From positions 1,860,001 to 1,924,000 of the forward strand of contig OZ024760.1 in NCBI GenBank assembly GCA_964016885.1: a stretch of 64,000 nt of DNA. Reading direction: 5' to 3'. Position 1 is the first letter of the stretch. Each line of letters begins with the position of its first letter. Source of the stretch: Eledone cirrhosa (taxonomy: Eukaryota). The position numbers were made by a program, and so were the translations under genes. Of the stretch, positions 27,137 to 40,210 are shown in pieces. The notes beneath the pieces are model-generated. The model had not been told where the DNA came from and ran no database searches. It saw nothing but the letters and a program-made list of their open reading frames with translations.

Positions 27137-27218
27137 TAAATAATTTTGACGTACCATAAATATTGATCAACTTTTACATAAAAGTTGATCAATATTTATG
27201 GTACGTCAAAATTATTTA
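27137..27218. repeat. Perfect palindrome, 40-bp arms, 2-nt spacer
   Basis: TAAATAATTTTGACGTACCATAAATATTGATCAACTTTTA-CA-TAAAAGTTGATCAATATTTATGGTACGTCAAAATTATTTA. Confidence 0.95.
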
Positions 27219-27549
27219 GTGGTTAGAGCCTTGCAATCGAAAGGTTGTGAGTTCAATTCTCAGACCGGGTGATGTGTTGTTTTCTTGAGCAAGACACTTT
27301 ATTTCACATTGCTCCAGTTTACTCAGCTGTAGAAATGAGATGATAGGGACTGGGGTCCATATCATTCCACTGCAAAGTGGTCGTGGAGGTGCCACGGCAA
27401 AAAAGGACCCAGCACTCTCTGTAAATGATGTTGGTTTTAGGAAGGGCATCCAACTGTAGAAATCAAGCCAGAATCAGTTCCCGTCCCACCCTTGCAAGCA
27501 GGGAGAGGCGGACGTAACAAGATGATGATTATGATTATGATGATGATGA
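27216..27549 (+). mobile_element. SINE family 1 with LINE B-type tail
   Basis: Body as 8129-8410; after GAATCAGTTC it switches to CCGTCCCACCCTTGCAAGCAGGGA...GGACGTAA. Confidence 0.88.
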
Positions 27550-27567
27550 TATATATATATTAACAAA

Positions 27568-27830
27568 CCCACTGTGTCGATGACACAAAGGTCCACACTG
27601 TAATGTTGCCGTGTAGGAGACACGGTAAAAAGGCTTCCAGTCCACACTGTGAATGTGGTTGGTGCCAGGAAGGGCACCCAGCAGTAAAAAACCCTGCCAG
27701 AGACACTTCCGTACGAGTTAGAGACACGGTCTCCCGACCATTCCCACATCAAATGTAACAAAACCATCTAACCCATGCTAGCATGGAAGATGGACTTTAA
27801 ACGACGATGATGATGGTGATGATGATGATA
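27568..27830 (+). mobile_element. Older RTE-related 3' UTR fragment
   Basis: Degenerate 48-bp units, GGAAGGGCA, CCATGCTAGCATGG, (GAT)n; similar relics at 38848-39061 (minus) and 40290-40400. Confidence 0.75.
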
Positions 27831-28965
27831 TTAACAAAGATCATAAATAGAAATTTTTAAAATATAAAATGGGGTGTTGATATTTGGGAGGAAGGGTTAG
27901 CGGGGTGGAGGGGTGTGCAATAAAAGCGAATATTTAATTTTCCATTAAGCAGATTTATATAAACATAGTGTAGTATAACATTTTGAAGTGAATAGAATAT
28001 TTTATTTCTGAAAATGAGTTGATTGTGTGAAATGTGAAGTGTATGAATATAGATAGATACAGGCATATACACACTTGCATATACACACACATATACACCT
28101 ATATATACATATACATATACACATACATATACACCTACATATACATATACACATACATATATACATATACATATACACATACATATACACCTACATATAC
28201 ATATACATATACACACACATATACACCTACATATACATATACATATACACATACATATACACCTACATATACATATACATATACACATACATATACATAT
28301 ATACATATACATATACGCATACATATACACCTACATATACATATACACATACATAAACACCTACATATACATATACATATACACATACATATACACCTAC
28401 ATATACATATACATATACACATACATATACACCTACATATACATATACACATACATATACACCTACATATACATATATACATATACATATACGCATACAT
28501 ATACATATACATATATACATATATACATATACATATATATATATACATATATATACATATATACATACACACATCCATATACACCTACATATACACATAT
28601 ACATATTTAACCTACATATACATATACATATTAACCTACATATACACACCTACATATACGCATACATATACACCTACATATACATATACATATACACCTA
28701 CATATACATATACAACCTACATATACATATACATATACACCTACATATACATATACACCTACATATACACACCTACATATACACATACATATACACCTAC
28801 ATATACACACATACATATACATATACACATACATATACATATACACATACACACAGGTATACACATACATATACACATACATATACACGCACATATGCAT
28901 ATACACCTACATATACACCTATACATATACACATACGTATACACCTATACATGTGTGAGTGTGTG

Positions 28966-29007
<42 letters not shown>

Positions 29008-29170
29008 TACGCATATATATGTATATGTGTGCATATGTGTGTGTGTGAATATATTTATATGTGTAACACACCTCTCTCTCTCTGTAATATATTGATATAT
29101 GGATGCATATATATAATGTGTGTGTGTATGTATATATATATAAATATATATATATTTATATTTATATATT

Positions 29171-30198
29171 AAGACTGGCTGTCCATGGGAACTTCTCTAT
29201 GCTGACGATCTGGCTCTTATGGCAGAATCAGTAGAGGAGCTAGAGAATAAATTCCGGCTATGGAAACAGCAGTTGGAAGCAAGAGGACTGAGAGTAAATC
29301 TAGCTAAGACAAAAGTGTTGATGAGTAGAAAAGAGGACAAAACCCTGATTCCGTCAGGGAAATGGCCATGTTCGATATGCAGAAAAGGAACTGGCATAAA
29401 TTCTATAAAATGCACACAATGCAGATCCTGGGTACACAAGAGATGTAGCGGGATAGCAGGTAAACTAACAGGTAGGGAGAAATATGTATGCAGTAGATGT
29501 ACAGGGAAATTAGACAGTAGAAGTCGCACTGATAGACACATTTTTCAAATGCGAGAGGGCGCTATAGAAGTGGTGGATAGCTTCCGGTACCTAGGAGATC
29601 AGATTAGCATGGGAGGAGGGTGTTCCGAGGCCATAGTATCTAGAATAAGGACGGGTTGGAAGAAGTTTAGGGAGCTGCTTCCTCTGTTGACGAAGAAGGG
29701 TTTCTCCCTGCGTACGAAAGGCCGGTTGTATGATGCCTGTGTGAGGAGCGCGATGCTGCATGGTAGTGAGACATGGGCAGCAACCGCAGAAGATATGCGA
29801 CGGCTGGAGAGAAATGAGGCAAGCATGCTCCGTTGGATGTGCAGTGTAAATGTGCGTGAACGACCCAGCATAAATGTGTTGAGAGAGAAACTGTGTCTGA
29901 GAGGGATAGAATGTAGTGTACGGGAGAGGAGACTGAGGTGGTATGGACATGTGATGCGCATGGAGGATGACCGATGGGTGAAGAAGTGCCAGGAAATGCC
30001 AGTTGAAGGAAGACGTGGTAGAGGTAGACCACGAAAAACATGGGCGGAGGTGGTGAGAACAGACCTCAGATCATTGAAGCTCACGGTGGAGATGACGAGG
30101 GACCGTGACGAGTGGAGAGATGCTGTGCTGAATAAGATCCGTCCCACCCTTGCAAGCAGGGAAAAGCGGACGTAAAATGATGATGATGATGATGATGA
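29171..30198 (+). mobile_element. RTE-clade 'LINE B', 5'-truncated, frame open from KTGCPWELLYADD to the stop at 30175
   Basis: Track ORF 29219..30175 is homologous to LINE A, has the same PHD-like finger, and its stop codon is directly followed by (TGA)n. Confidence 0.93.
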
Positions 30199-30294
30199 TA
30201 TACACACACACACACATATATATGCATCCATATATCAATATTATCATCATTTTACATCCATTTAATGACGAGATATATATATATATATATATAT

Positions 30295-30633
30295 CATCAT
30301 TTTATCATTTCATTTTATGTCCGCTTTTTCCCTGCTTGCAAGGGTGGGACAGGAACTGATTCTGGCTTGATTTCTACAGCTGGATGCCCTTCCTAACACC
30401 AACCTCATTTACAGTGAGTGCTGGGTGCTTTTTGCCATGACACCTCCACGACCACTTTGCAGTGGAATGATAGGGACCCCAGTCCCTATCATCTCATTTC
30501 TACAGCTGAGTAAACTGGAGCAATGTGAAATAAAGTGTCTTGCTCAAGGGAACAACACATCACCCAGTCTGAGAATTGAACTCACAACCTTTCGATTGAC
30601 AGGCCAATGCTCTAACCACTAAGCCATGTGCCT

Positions 30634-30636
<3 letters not shown>
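30295..30636 (-). mobile_element. SINE family 1, LINE B tail, full length
   Basis: Reverse complement of 57756-58090. Confidence 0.9.
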
Positions 30637-30711
<75 letters not shown>

Positions 30712-30734
30712 GGAGAGAGAGAGAGGGAGAGGGA

Positions 30735-30776
<42 letters not shown>

Positions 30777-30780
<4 letters not shown>

Positions 30781-31091
30781 ATTGGCCTTGCAATCGAAAG
30801 GTTGTGAGTTCAATTCCCAGACCGGGTGATGTGTTGTTTCCTTGAGCAAGACACTTTATTTCACATTGCTCCAGTTTACTCAGCTGTAGAAATGAGATGA
30901 TAGGGACTGGGGTCCCTATCATTCCACTGCAAAGGGGTCGTGGAGGTGCCACAGCAAAAAAGCACCCAGCACTCACTGTAAATGAGGTTGGTGTTAGGAA
31001 GGGCATCCAGCTGTAGAAATCAAGCCAGAATCAGTTCCCGTCCCATCCTTGCAAGCAAGGAAAAGTGGACGGAAAATTAAATGATGATGAT
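30777..31091 (+). mobile_element. SINE family 1, LINE B tail
   Basis: Same family, lacking the first ~25 nt. Confidence 0.9.
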
Positions 31092-31328
31092 ACACGTATG
31101 TGTATATATATATAAATGTGTGTGTGTATATATATGTGCATGTGTATGTATATATGTATGTGTGTGTGTATGTATATATACGTGTGTGTATATATATATG
31201 TATGTGTGTGTGTATGAATATATGTGTGTGTGTATATATATATGTATGTGTGTATGTATATATGTATGTGTGTATGTATATATATGTGTGCGCGTATATA
31301 TATATGTATGTGTGTGTGTATGAATATA

Positions 31329-31375
<47 letters not shown>

Positions 31376-31691
31376 ATGAATATATGTGTGTGTGTATATA
31401 TACATATATATGTATGTGTGTATGTATATATGTATGTAAATTTCTCATTCTCTATTGAAATAGTAAAAACTTAACCAGAGGTGAGAGAATCTGTATAAGA
31501 GTATATATGTATACATACATATATATAATACACACACACATATATAAATATACACATAGACACATATCTATATTCACACATACATACACACACACATATA
31601 TATAAATATACACACAGACATATATATATATATATACACACACACAGACATATATACACACATACATACACTCACACATATATATAAATAT

Positions 31692-31724
<33 letters not shown>

Positions 31725-32634
31725 CACACACACAGACATATATACTCACACACAAACATACATACACACACACATATAGATATAAATATATATATACACA
31801 CATACACATATATATACACACACACACACATATATATAAATATATACACACACACATACACATACAAACATACACACACACATAAATATACACACACACA
31901 CACATATATACACACACATATATATATATACACACACATACACATACAAACATACACACACACACACATATATATATATACACACACACATACACATACA
32001 AACATACACACACACATATAAATATGTTTCTAATTATCAATTTATCTCTATTTCTCTTTATATATTGCACACACACACATACACATGCACTGTCCCACAC
32101 ACACACACACAGACACATGCACTGTCCCACACACACACAGACACATGCACTGTCCCACACACACACAGACACATGCACTGTCCCACACACACACAGACAC
32201 ATGCACTGTCTCACACACACACACAGGCACATGTATTCTCACACAGACACATGCACTGTCCCACACAGACACACACACAGACACATGCACTGTCTCACAC
32301 ACAGACACACACAGACACATGTATTCTCACACAGACACAGACGCATGCACTCTCTCACACAGACACATGCACTGTCTCACACACAGACACACACACACAC
32401 ACACACACAGATACATGCACTCTCTCACACGCACAAAGACACAAGTACATGCACTCTCTCACACAGACACAAAGACACAAGTACACACACACACACACAC
32501 ATACACACACAGACACACAGACTCATAATACACACACACAGATACATGCACTCACGCACATACATGCACTCTCCCTCACACACACAGACAGAGATACACA
32601 GACAGATACACAGACACACTCACAGACACACACG

Positions 32635-32713
<79 letters not shown>

Positions 32714-32809
32714 CTCCTGACTCTGACTCTGGCTTCTGACTTCCATGATAAAAGCTCCAAGCCAAACATGTTGCTAAGCAATAACTGACTCTTAGCTTGG
32801 AACAGAATA

Positions 32810-33513
32810 GAAGAATTGGAGAATAGGAAGAGACCAGAATAGAGAGAATGGAATAGAGAGAGGGAATAGAGAGAATGGAATAGAGAGAGGGAATAGGGAG
32901 AATGGAATAGGGAGAATGGAATAGGGAGAGGGAATAGAGAGAGGGAATAGGGAGAATGGAATAGGGAGAATGAAATAGAGAGAGGGAATAGAGAGAGGGA
33001 ATAGAGAGAGGGAATAGGGAGAATGGAATAGGGAGAATGAAATAGAGAGAGGGAATAGAGAGAATGGAATAGGGAGAATGGAATAGGGAGAATGGAATAG
33101 GGAGAGGGAATAGAGAGGGAATAGGGAGGGAATAGGGAGAGGGAATAGAGAGGGAATAGGGAGAGGGAATAGAGAGAATGGAATAGGGAGAATGGAATAG
33201 AGAGGGAATAGAGAGAGGGAATAGGGAGAGGGAATAGGGAGAGGGAATAGGGAGAGGGAATAGGGAGAGAGGATGGAATAGAGAGAGAAGGGAGAGAGGA
33301 TGGAATAGAGAGAGAAGGGAGAGAGGATGGAATAGAGAGAGAAGGGAAGAGAGGGTGGAAAAGAGAGAGAGAAAGGAAGAGGGAGAGAGAGAAGAGAAGT
33401 GAAGAGAGAGTGGAAGAGAGAGAGAGAGAAGGGAATAGAGAGAGAGAGAGATAGAGAGAGAGAGAATGGGAGAGAGAGAGAGAGAGAGAGAGAATGGAAG
33501 AGAGAGAGAGAAG

Positions 33514-33579
<66 letters not shown>

Positions 33580-33592
33580 ATGGAAGAGAGAG
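32810..33592. repeat. Purine-strand minisatellite (~13-bp GGAATAGRGAGAR units) grading into (GA)n
   Basis: Direct reading; a second polypurine tract lies at 44720-45312. Confidence 0.93.
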
Positions 33593-33839
33593 CCAGCCTG
33601 GGTTCTATGAAATCAATTCACTGGAATCGGCTAATGAACAAAGCTGATTTGACTATAGAAGCTTCTCTCTGATGAGGTGTCGCATAAATTATGCTAATGA
33701 GGTCTTCTAGATGTGACAGGTGAAAAGAAGGTAGGGTGGAGTGGGTGGAAGTGGGGTGGGGGGTAATTTTTGGTCAGCTCTGGCAACAACACATTCATCA
33801 GGGGAATTTTTAACATTGATATATTGCTGATTGTTGGAG

Positions 33840-33908
<69 letters not shown>

Positions 33909-34150
33909 AGTGTGTGTGTGGGTGGGTGGGTGGGTGGGAGGGGGGTGATAATATGCATTGATTAATTAGTAGTTAAAGGTGAAAGACAGGTCAATAGATA
34001 CATACATACACACATATATATGTATACATACATACATATATATATATATGTATATATACATATGTATACATATATATACATACATATACATATATATATA
34101 TACATATATATATATACACATATACACACACACGTGCACGAACAGATGCC

Positions 34151-34184
<34 letters not shown>

Positions 34185-34202
34185 CATACATTTATGATGA
34201 TG

Positions 34203-34394
34203 ATCATCATCATCCTCATTTAATATGCATTTTCCATGCTAGCATGGGTTAGACGGGTTGCCTCCTTGGAAGACAAGCCAATTCTGATGACAATGACTTG
34301 CTCTTACAGGAGAGGTTTTGGTTTGGTTTCTATGGCCGGATGCCCTTCCTAACACCAACCACGTTTGCAGTGTGGACTGGGAGCCTTTTTACCG
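34203..34394 (-). mobile_element. RTE-type 3' tail terminating the 53-bp array
   Basis: (CAT)n, TTCCATGCTAGCATGGGTTAGACGG, GGATGCCCTTCCTAACACCAACC. Confidence 0.85.
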
Positions 34395-37300
34395 TGTCTC
34401 CTACATGACCACTTTACAGTGTGGACTGGACTGGGTGCTTTTTGTTGTGTCTCCTACATGACCACTTTACAATGTGGACTGGACTGGGTGCTTTTTGTTG
34501 AGTCTCCTACATGACCACTTTACAATGTGGACTGGACTGGGTGCTTTTTGTTGAGTCTCCTACATGACCACTTTACAATGTGGACTGGACTGGGTGCTTT
34601 TTGTTGAGTCTCCTACATGACCACTTTACAGTGTGGACTGGACTGGGTGCTTTTTGTTGTGTCTCCTACATGACCACTTTACAGTGTGGACTGGACTGGG
34701 TGCTTTTTGTTGAGTCTCCTACATGACCACTTTACAATGTGGACTGGACTGGGTGCTTTTTGTTGAGTCTCCTACATGACCACTTTACAGTGTGGACTGG
34801 ACTGGGTGCTTTTTGTTGAGTCTCCTACATGACCACTTTACAGTGTGGACTGGACTGGGTGCTTTTTGTTGAGTCTCCTACATGACCACTTTACAGTGTG
34901 GACTGGACTGGGTGCTTTTTGTTGTGTCTCCTACATGACCACTTTACAATGTGGACTGGACTGGGTGCTTTTTGTTGTGTCTCCTACATGACCACTTTAC
35001 AATGTGGACTGGACTGGGTGCTTTTTGTTGTGTCTCCTACATGACCACTTTACAGTGTGGACTGGACTGGGTGCTTTTTGTTGAGTCTCCTACATGACCA
35101 CTTTACAGTGTGGACTGGACTGGGTGCTTTTTGTTGAGTCTCCTACATGACCACTTTACAGTGTGGACTGGACTGGGTGCTTTTTGTTGTGTTACCTACA
35201 TGACCACTTTACAGTGTGGACTGGACTGGGTGCTTTTTGTTGAGTTACCTACATGACCACTTTACAGTGTGGACTGGACTGGGTGCTTTTTGTTGAGTCT
35301 CCTACATGACCACTTTACAGTGTGGACTGGACTGGGTGCTTTTTGTTGTGTTACCTACATGACCACTTTACAGTGTGGACTGGACTGGGTGCTTTTTGTT
35401 GTGTCTCCTACATGACCACTTTACAGTGTGGACTGGACTGGGTGCTTTTTGTTGAGTCTCCTAGATGACCACTTTACAATGTGGACTGGACTGGGTGCTT
35501 TTTGTTGAGTCTCCTACATGACCACTTTACAGTGTGGACTGGACTGGGTGCTTTTTGTTGAGTCTCCTACATGACCACTTTACAGTGTGGACTGGACTGG
35601 GTGCTTTTTGTTGAGTCTCCTACATGACCACTTTACAGTGTGGACTGGACTGGGTGCTTTTTGTTGTGTCTCCTACATGACCACTTTACAATGTGGACTG
35701 GACTGGGTGCTTTTTGTTGTGTCTCCTACATGACCACTTTACAATGTGGACTGGACTGGGTGCTTTTTGTTGTGTCTCCTACATGACCACTTTACAGTGT
35801 GGACTGGACTGGGTGCTTTTTGTTGAGTCTCCTACATGACCACTTTACAGTGTGGACTGGACTGGGTGCTTTTTGTTGAGTCTCCTACATGACCACTTTA
35901 CAGTGTGGACTGGACTGGGTGCTTTTTGTTGTGTTACCTACATGACCACTTTACAGTGTGGACTGGACTGGGTGCTTTTTGTTGAGTTACCTACATGACC
36001 ACTTTACAGTGTGGACTGGACTGGGTGCTTTTCGTTGAGTCTCCTACATGACCACTTTACAGTGTGGACTGGACTGGGTGCTTTTTGTTGTGTTACCTAC
36101 ATGACCACTTTACAGTGTGGACTGGACTGGGTGCTTTTTGTTGAGTCTCCTACATGACCACTTTACAGTGTGGACTGGACTGGGTGCTTTTTGTTGTGTC
36201 TCCTACATGACCACTTTAGAGTGTGGACTGGACTGGGTGCTTTTTGTTGAGTTACCTACATGACTACTTTACAGTGTGGACTGGACTGGGTGCTTTTTGT
36301 TGAGTCTCCTACATGACCACTTTACAATGTGGACTGGACTGGGTGCTTTTTGTTGAGTCTCCTACATGACCACTTTACAATGTGGACTGGACTGGGTGCT
36401 TTTTGTTGAGTCTCCTACATGACCACTTTACAATGTGGACTGGACTGGGTGCTTTTTGTTGAGTTACCTACATGACCACTTTACAGTGTGGACTGGACTG
36501 GGTGCTTTTTGTTGTGTCTCCTACATGACCACTTTACAGTGTGGACTGGACTGGGTGCTTTTTGTTGAGTCTCCTACATGACCACTTTACAGTGTGGACT
36601 GGACTGGGTGCTTTTTGTTGTGTTACCTACATGACCACTTTACAGTGTGGACTGGACTGGGTGCTTTTTGTTGTGTCTCCTACATGACCACTTTACAGTG
36701 TGGACTGGACTGGGTGCTTTTTGTTGAGTCTCCTACATGACCACTTTACAATGTGGACTGGACTGGGTGCTTTTTGTTGAGTCTCCTACATGACCACTTT
36801 ACAGTGTGGACTGGACTGGGTGCTTTTTGTTGAGTCTCCTACATGACCACTTTACAGTGTGGACTGGACTGGGTGCTTTTTGTTGAGTCTCCTACATGAC
36901 CACTTTACAGTGTGGACTGGACTGGGTGCTTTTTGTTGTGTCTCCTACATGACCACTTTACAATGTGGACTGGACTGGGTGCTTTTTGTTGTGTCTCCTA
37001 CATGACCACTTTACAATGTGGACTGGACTGGGTGCTTTTTGTTGTGTCTCCTACATGACCACTTTACAGTGTGGACTGGACTGGGTGCTTTTTGTTGAGT
37101 CTCCTACATGACCACTTTACAGTGTGGACTGGACTGGGTGCTTTTTGTTGAGTCTCCTACATGACCACTTTACAGTGTGGACTGGACTGGGTGCTTTTTG
37201 TTGTGTTACCTACATGACCACTTTACAGTGTGGACTGGACTGGGTGCTTTTTGTTGAGTTACCTACATGACCACTTTACAGTGTGGACTGGACTGGGTGC

Positions 37301-38767
37301 TTTTTGTTGAGTCTCCTACATGACCACTTTACAGTGTGGACTGGACTGGGTGCTTTTTGTTGTGTTACCTACATGACCACTTTACAGTGTGGACTGGACT
37401 GGGTGCTTTTTGTTGAGTCTCCTACATGACCACTTTACAGTGTGGACTGGACTGGGTGCTTTTTGTTGTGTCTCCTACATGACCACTTTACAGTGTGGAC
37501 TGGACTGGGTGCTTTTTGTTGAGTTACCTACATGACCACTTTACAGTGTGGACTGGACTGGGTGCTTTTTGTTGAGTCTCCTACAAGACCACTTTACAAT
37601 GTGGACTGGACTGGGTGCTTTTTGTTGAGTCTCCTACATGACCACTTTACAATGTGGACTGGACTGGGTGCTTTTTGTTGAGTCTCCTACATGACCACTT
37701 TACAATGTGGACTGGACTGGGTGCTTTTTGTTGAGTTACCTACATGACCACTTTACAGTGTGGACTGGACTGGGTGCTTTTTGTTGTGTCTCCTACATGA
37801 CCACTTTACAGTGTGGACTGGACTGGGTGCTTTTTGTTGAGTCTCCTACATGACCACTTTACAGTGTGGACTGGACTGGGTGCTTTTTGTTGAGTCTCCT
37901 ACATGACCACTTTACAGTGTGGACTGGACTGGGTGCTTTTTGTTGAGTCTCCTATATGACCACTTTACAGTGTGGACTGGACTGGGTGCTTTTTGTTGAG
38001 TCTCCTACATGACCACTTTACAGTGTGGACTGGACTGGGTGCTTTTTGTTGAGTCTCCTACATGACCACTTTACAGTGTGGACTGGACTGGGTGTTTTTT
38101 GTTGAGTCTCCTACATGACCACTTTACAGTGTGGACTGGACTGGGTGCTTTTTGTTGAGTCGCCTACATGACCACTTTACAGTGTGGACTGGACTGGGTG
38201 CTTTTTGTTGAGTCTCCTACATGACCACTTTACAGTGTGGACTGGACTGGGTGCTTTTTGTTGAGTCTCCTACATGACCACTTTACAGTGTGGACTGGAC
38301 TGGGTGCTTTTTGTTGAGTCTCCTACATGACCACTTTACAGTGTGGACTGGACTGGGTGCTTTTTGTTGAGTCTCCTACATGACCACTTTACAGTGTGGA
38401 CTGGACTGGGTGCTTTTTGTTGTATCTCCTACATGACCACTTTACAGTGTGGACTGGACTGGGTGCTTTTTGTTGAGTCTCCTACATGACCACTTTACAG
38501 TGTGGACTGGACTGGGTGCTTTTTGTTGTATCTCCTACATGACCACTTTACAGTGTGGACTGGACTGGGTGCTTTTTGTTGAGTCTCCTACATGACCACT
38601 TTACAGTGTGGACTGGACTGGGTGCTTTTTGTTGAGTCTCCTACATGACCACTTTACAGTGTGGACTGGACTGGGTGCTTTTTGTTGTGTCTCCTACATG
38701 ACCACTTTACAGTGTGGACTGGACTGGGTGCTTTTTGTTGTGTTACCTACATGACCACTTTACAGTG
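34395..38767 (-). repeat. Homogeneous minisatellite, 53-bp unit, about 82 copies, with higher-order structure
   Basis: Plus-strand unit CTACATGACCACTTTACARTGTGGACTGGACTGGGTGCTTTTTGTTGWGTYWC; equals the 48-bp unit plus a duplicated GGACT. Confidence 0.98.
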
Positions 38768-39069
38768 GATGGAAGTGGCAGGATGGCGTAGGGAGTGTGA
38801 GGTGGGTGTATATTGGGTTAAGAGGTGCCTATATATATGTATATATATATCATCATCATCATCGTTTAACGTCCATCTTCCACGTTAGCATGAGTAGGAC
38901 AGGCTGACCCTTTGTGAGTGAATCAGGTCAGAGAACAGTGTTTCACTCACCTGTGGCTGATTTTGGCTTGGTTTTTAGCTGGATGCCCTTCCTAACATAA
39001 ACCACATTTACAGTGTAAGCTGGGTGCTTTTTGTGATGTCACCTACATGACCACTTTACAATATAATAT

Positions 39070-39425
39070 AACCTCAGCTAACCTCAGTCTCCTCTGTGTC
39101 ACTTTTGAGCTGACTTTTGGGATGCTCCCATACAGCTCTGAGTTTTTCACCCTCAGTGTATACTGATTAATGTTCAGAGCCATCCTCAACATTCTCGTGT
39201 AGCACCCATCCGACATCCAGAGTTGACATTGCACTCAGTGCTCCTGTGGGAGCCCCTACATAGACACACTAGAAGAGGAAGACCAAGGTTAACGTATGTT
39301 GATGCCCTAAGGACAGACACTGGTCTGTTGGAGACGCAGGACATGGCAGCGATAATGAGGGACAGAGACCGCTGGAGAGAACTCGTCCATGGATCTCGGG
39401 AATTTTACCCGCCTTAGATAGATAT
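39070..39425 (+). mobile_element. RTE-like LINE 3' fragment with 5' inversion
   Basis: Minus 39222-39075 gives DGCYTRMLRMALNI...ELYGSIPKVSSKVTQRRLRLA; plus 39223-39417 gives LLWEPLHRHTRRGRPRLTYVDALRTDTGL...DRDRWRELV; (TAGA)n tail. Confidence 0.85.
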
Positions 39426-39449
39426 ATATATATTTATATATATATAAGT

Positions 39450-39988
39450 AGTTCCACAATAGTTAGTTCACCATATCGAGATTTTTCACTAACTTGTTAA
39501 TTTGTGTTTGAGATACGCTGGCTGAGTGCTTATGGCGGTAGCAGAACTATTTGAATTTCCTCTCCTGCCATCATGTAAATTTCTAAATCGGTAGCCAATC
39601 AGGGGACGGCACTGTGACGTGTAGAGAATCCAGTTGCTAATGTTTTACTGTGCTGGCCGTCACATACAGTCATAGCCGGCACGGACTGGATTTGAATTCT
39701 GTCGATCGATTGGTTATTGATTAGGCGAAACCTGCTGATGAAGCCACATGTGCCGATTGTGCATTGTTGCACAACATATGCAGACAGAGGGCGCTGTGCA
39801 CTCTATTGCTGCATTAAGTGTGGCCGAAACTCGAGTTAAGTTCGGGAACAATTGAAGGTACCCGTTTACGTGCGCTGTATCGAAGCGAATAACTATGTGT
39901 TCTCTGGGAGTTTATTTAACATTACCTATTGAGTACGCTGAGATGCAACCAGTCGTAGCAGTGAAACCCATGCTAGTTCCATCAACTT
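39450..39988 (+). mobile_element. Penelope-like terminal repeat remnant with a long-stem-II hammerhead motif
   Basis: CTGATGA (39735) A-GCCACA...TGTGGC-C GAAAC-TCGA-GTT (39837); AGCCAATCA and GATTGG boxes; TTGAGTAC near the 3' end. Confidence 0.55.
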
Positions 39989-40021
39989 ATTATTATTATT
40001 ATTATATATATTATTATATAC

Positions 40022-40210
40022 CGGTGGATTGGCAGTATCGGTAGAGGGTCAGACGCCATGCTTTCCAGCATAGTTACGTCCCTTTACGATCTGAGTTCAA
40101 ATCCCGCCGAGGTTGACTTTGCCTTTCATCCTTATGGGGTCGATAAAATAAAGTACCAGTAATGGACTGGGTAATTGCTGGCCTTGTGCCAAAACTAGAA
40201 ACAATTATTA
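40022..40210 (+). mobile_element. SINE family 2
   Basis: Full copy GGTGGATTGGCAG...TAGAAACAATT; further copies at 53353-53522 and 59325-59510 (minus). Confidence 0.88.

Noticed and set aside
34395-38767. CRISPR-like array
   Set aside because: Contiguous tandem units with no unique spacers, no cas genes, eukaryotic context; the same applies to 3683-4797 and 18952-20168.
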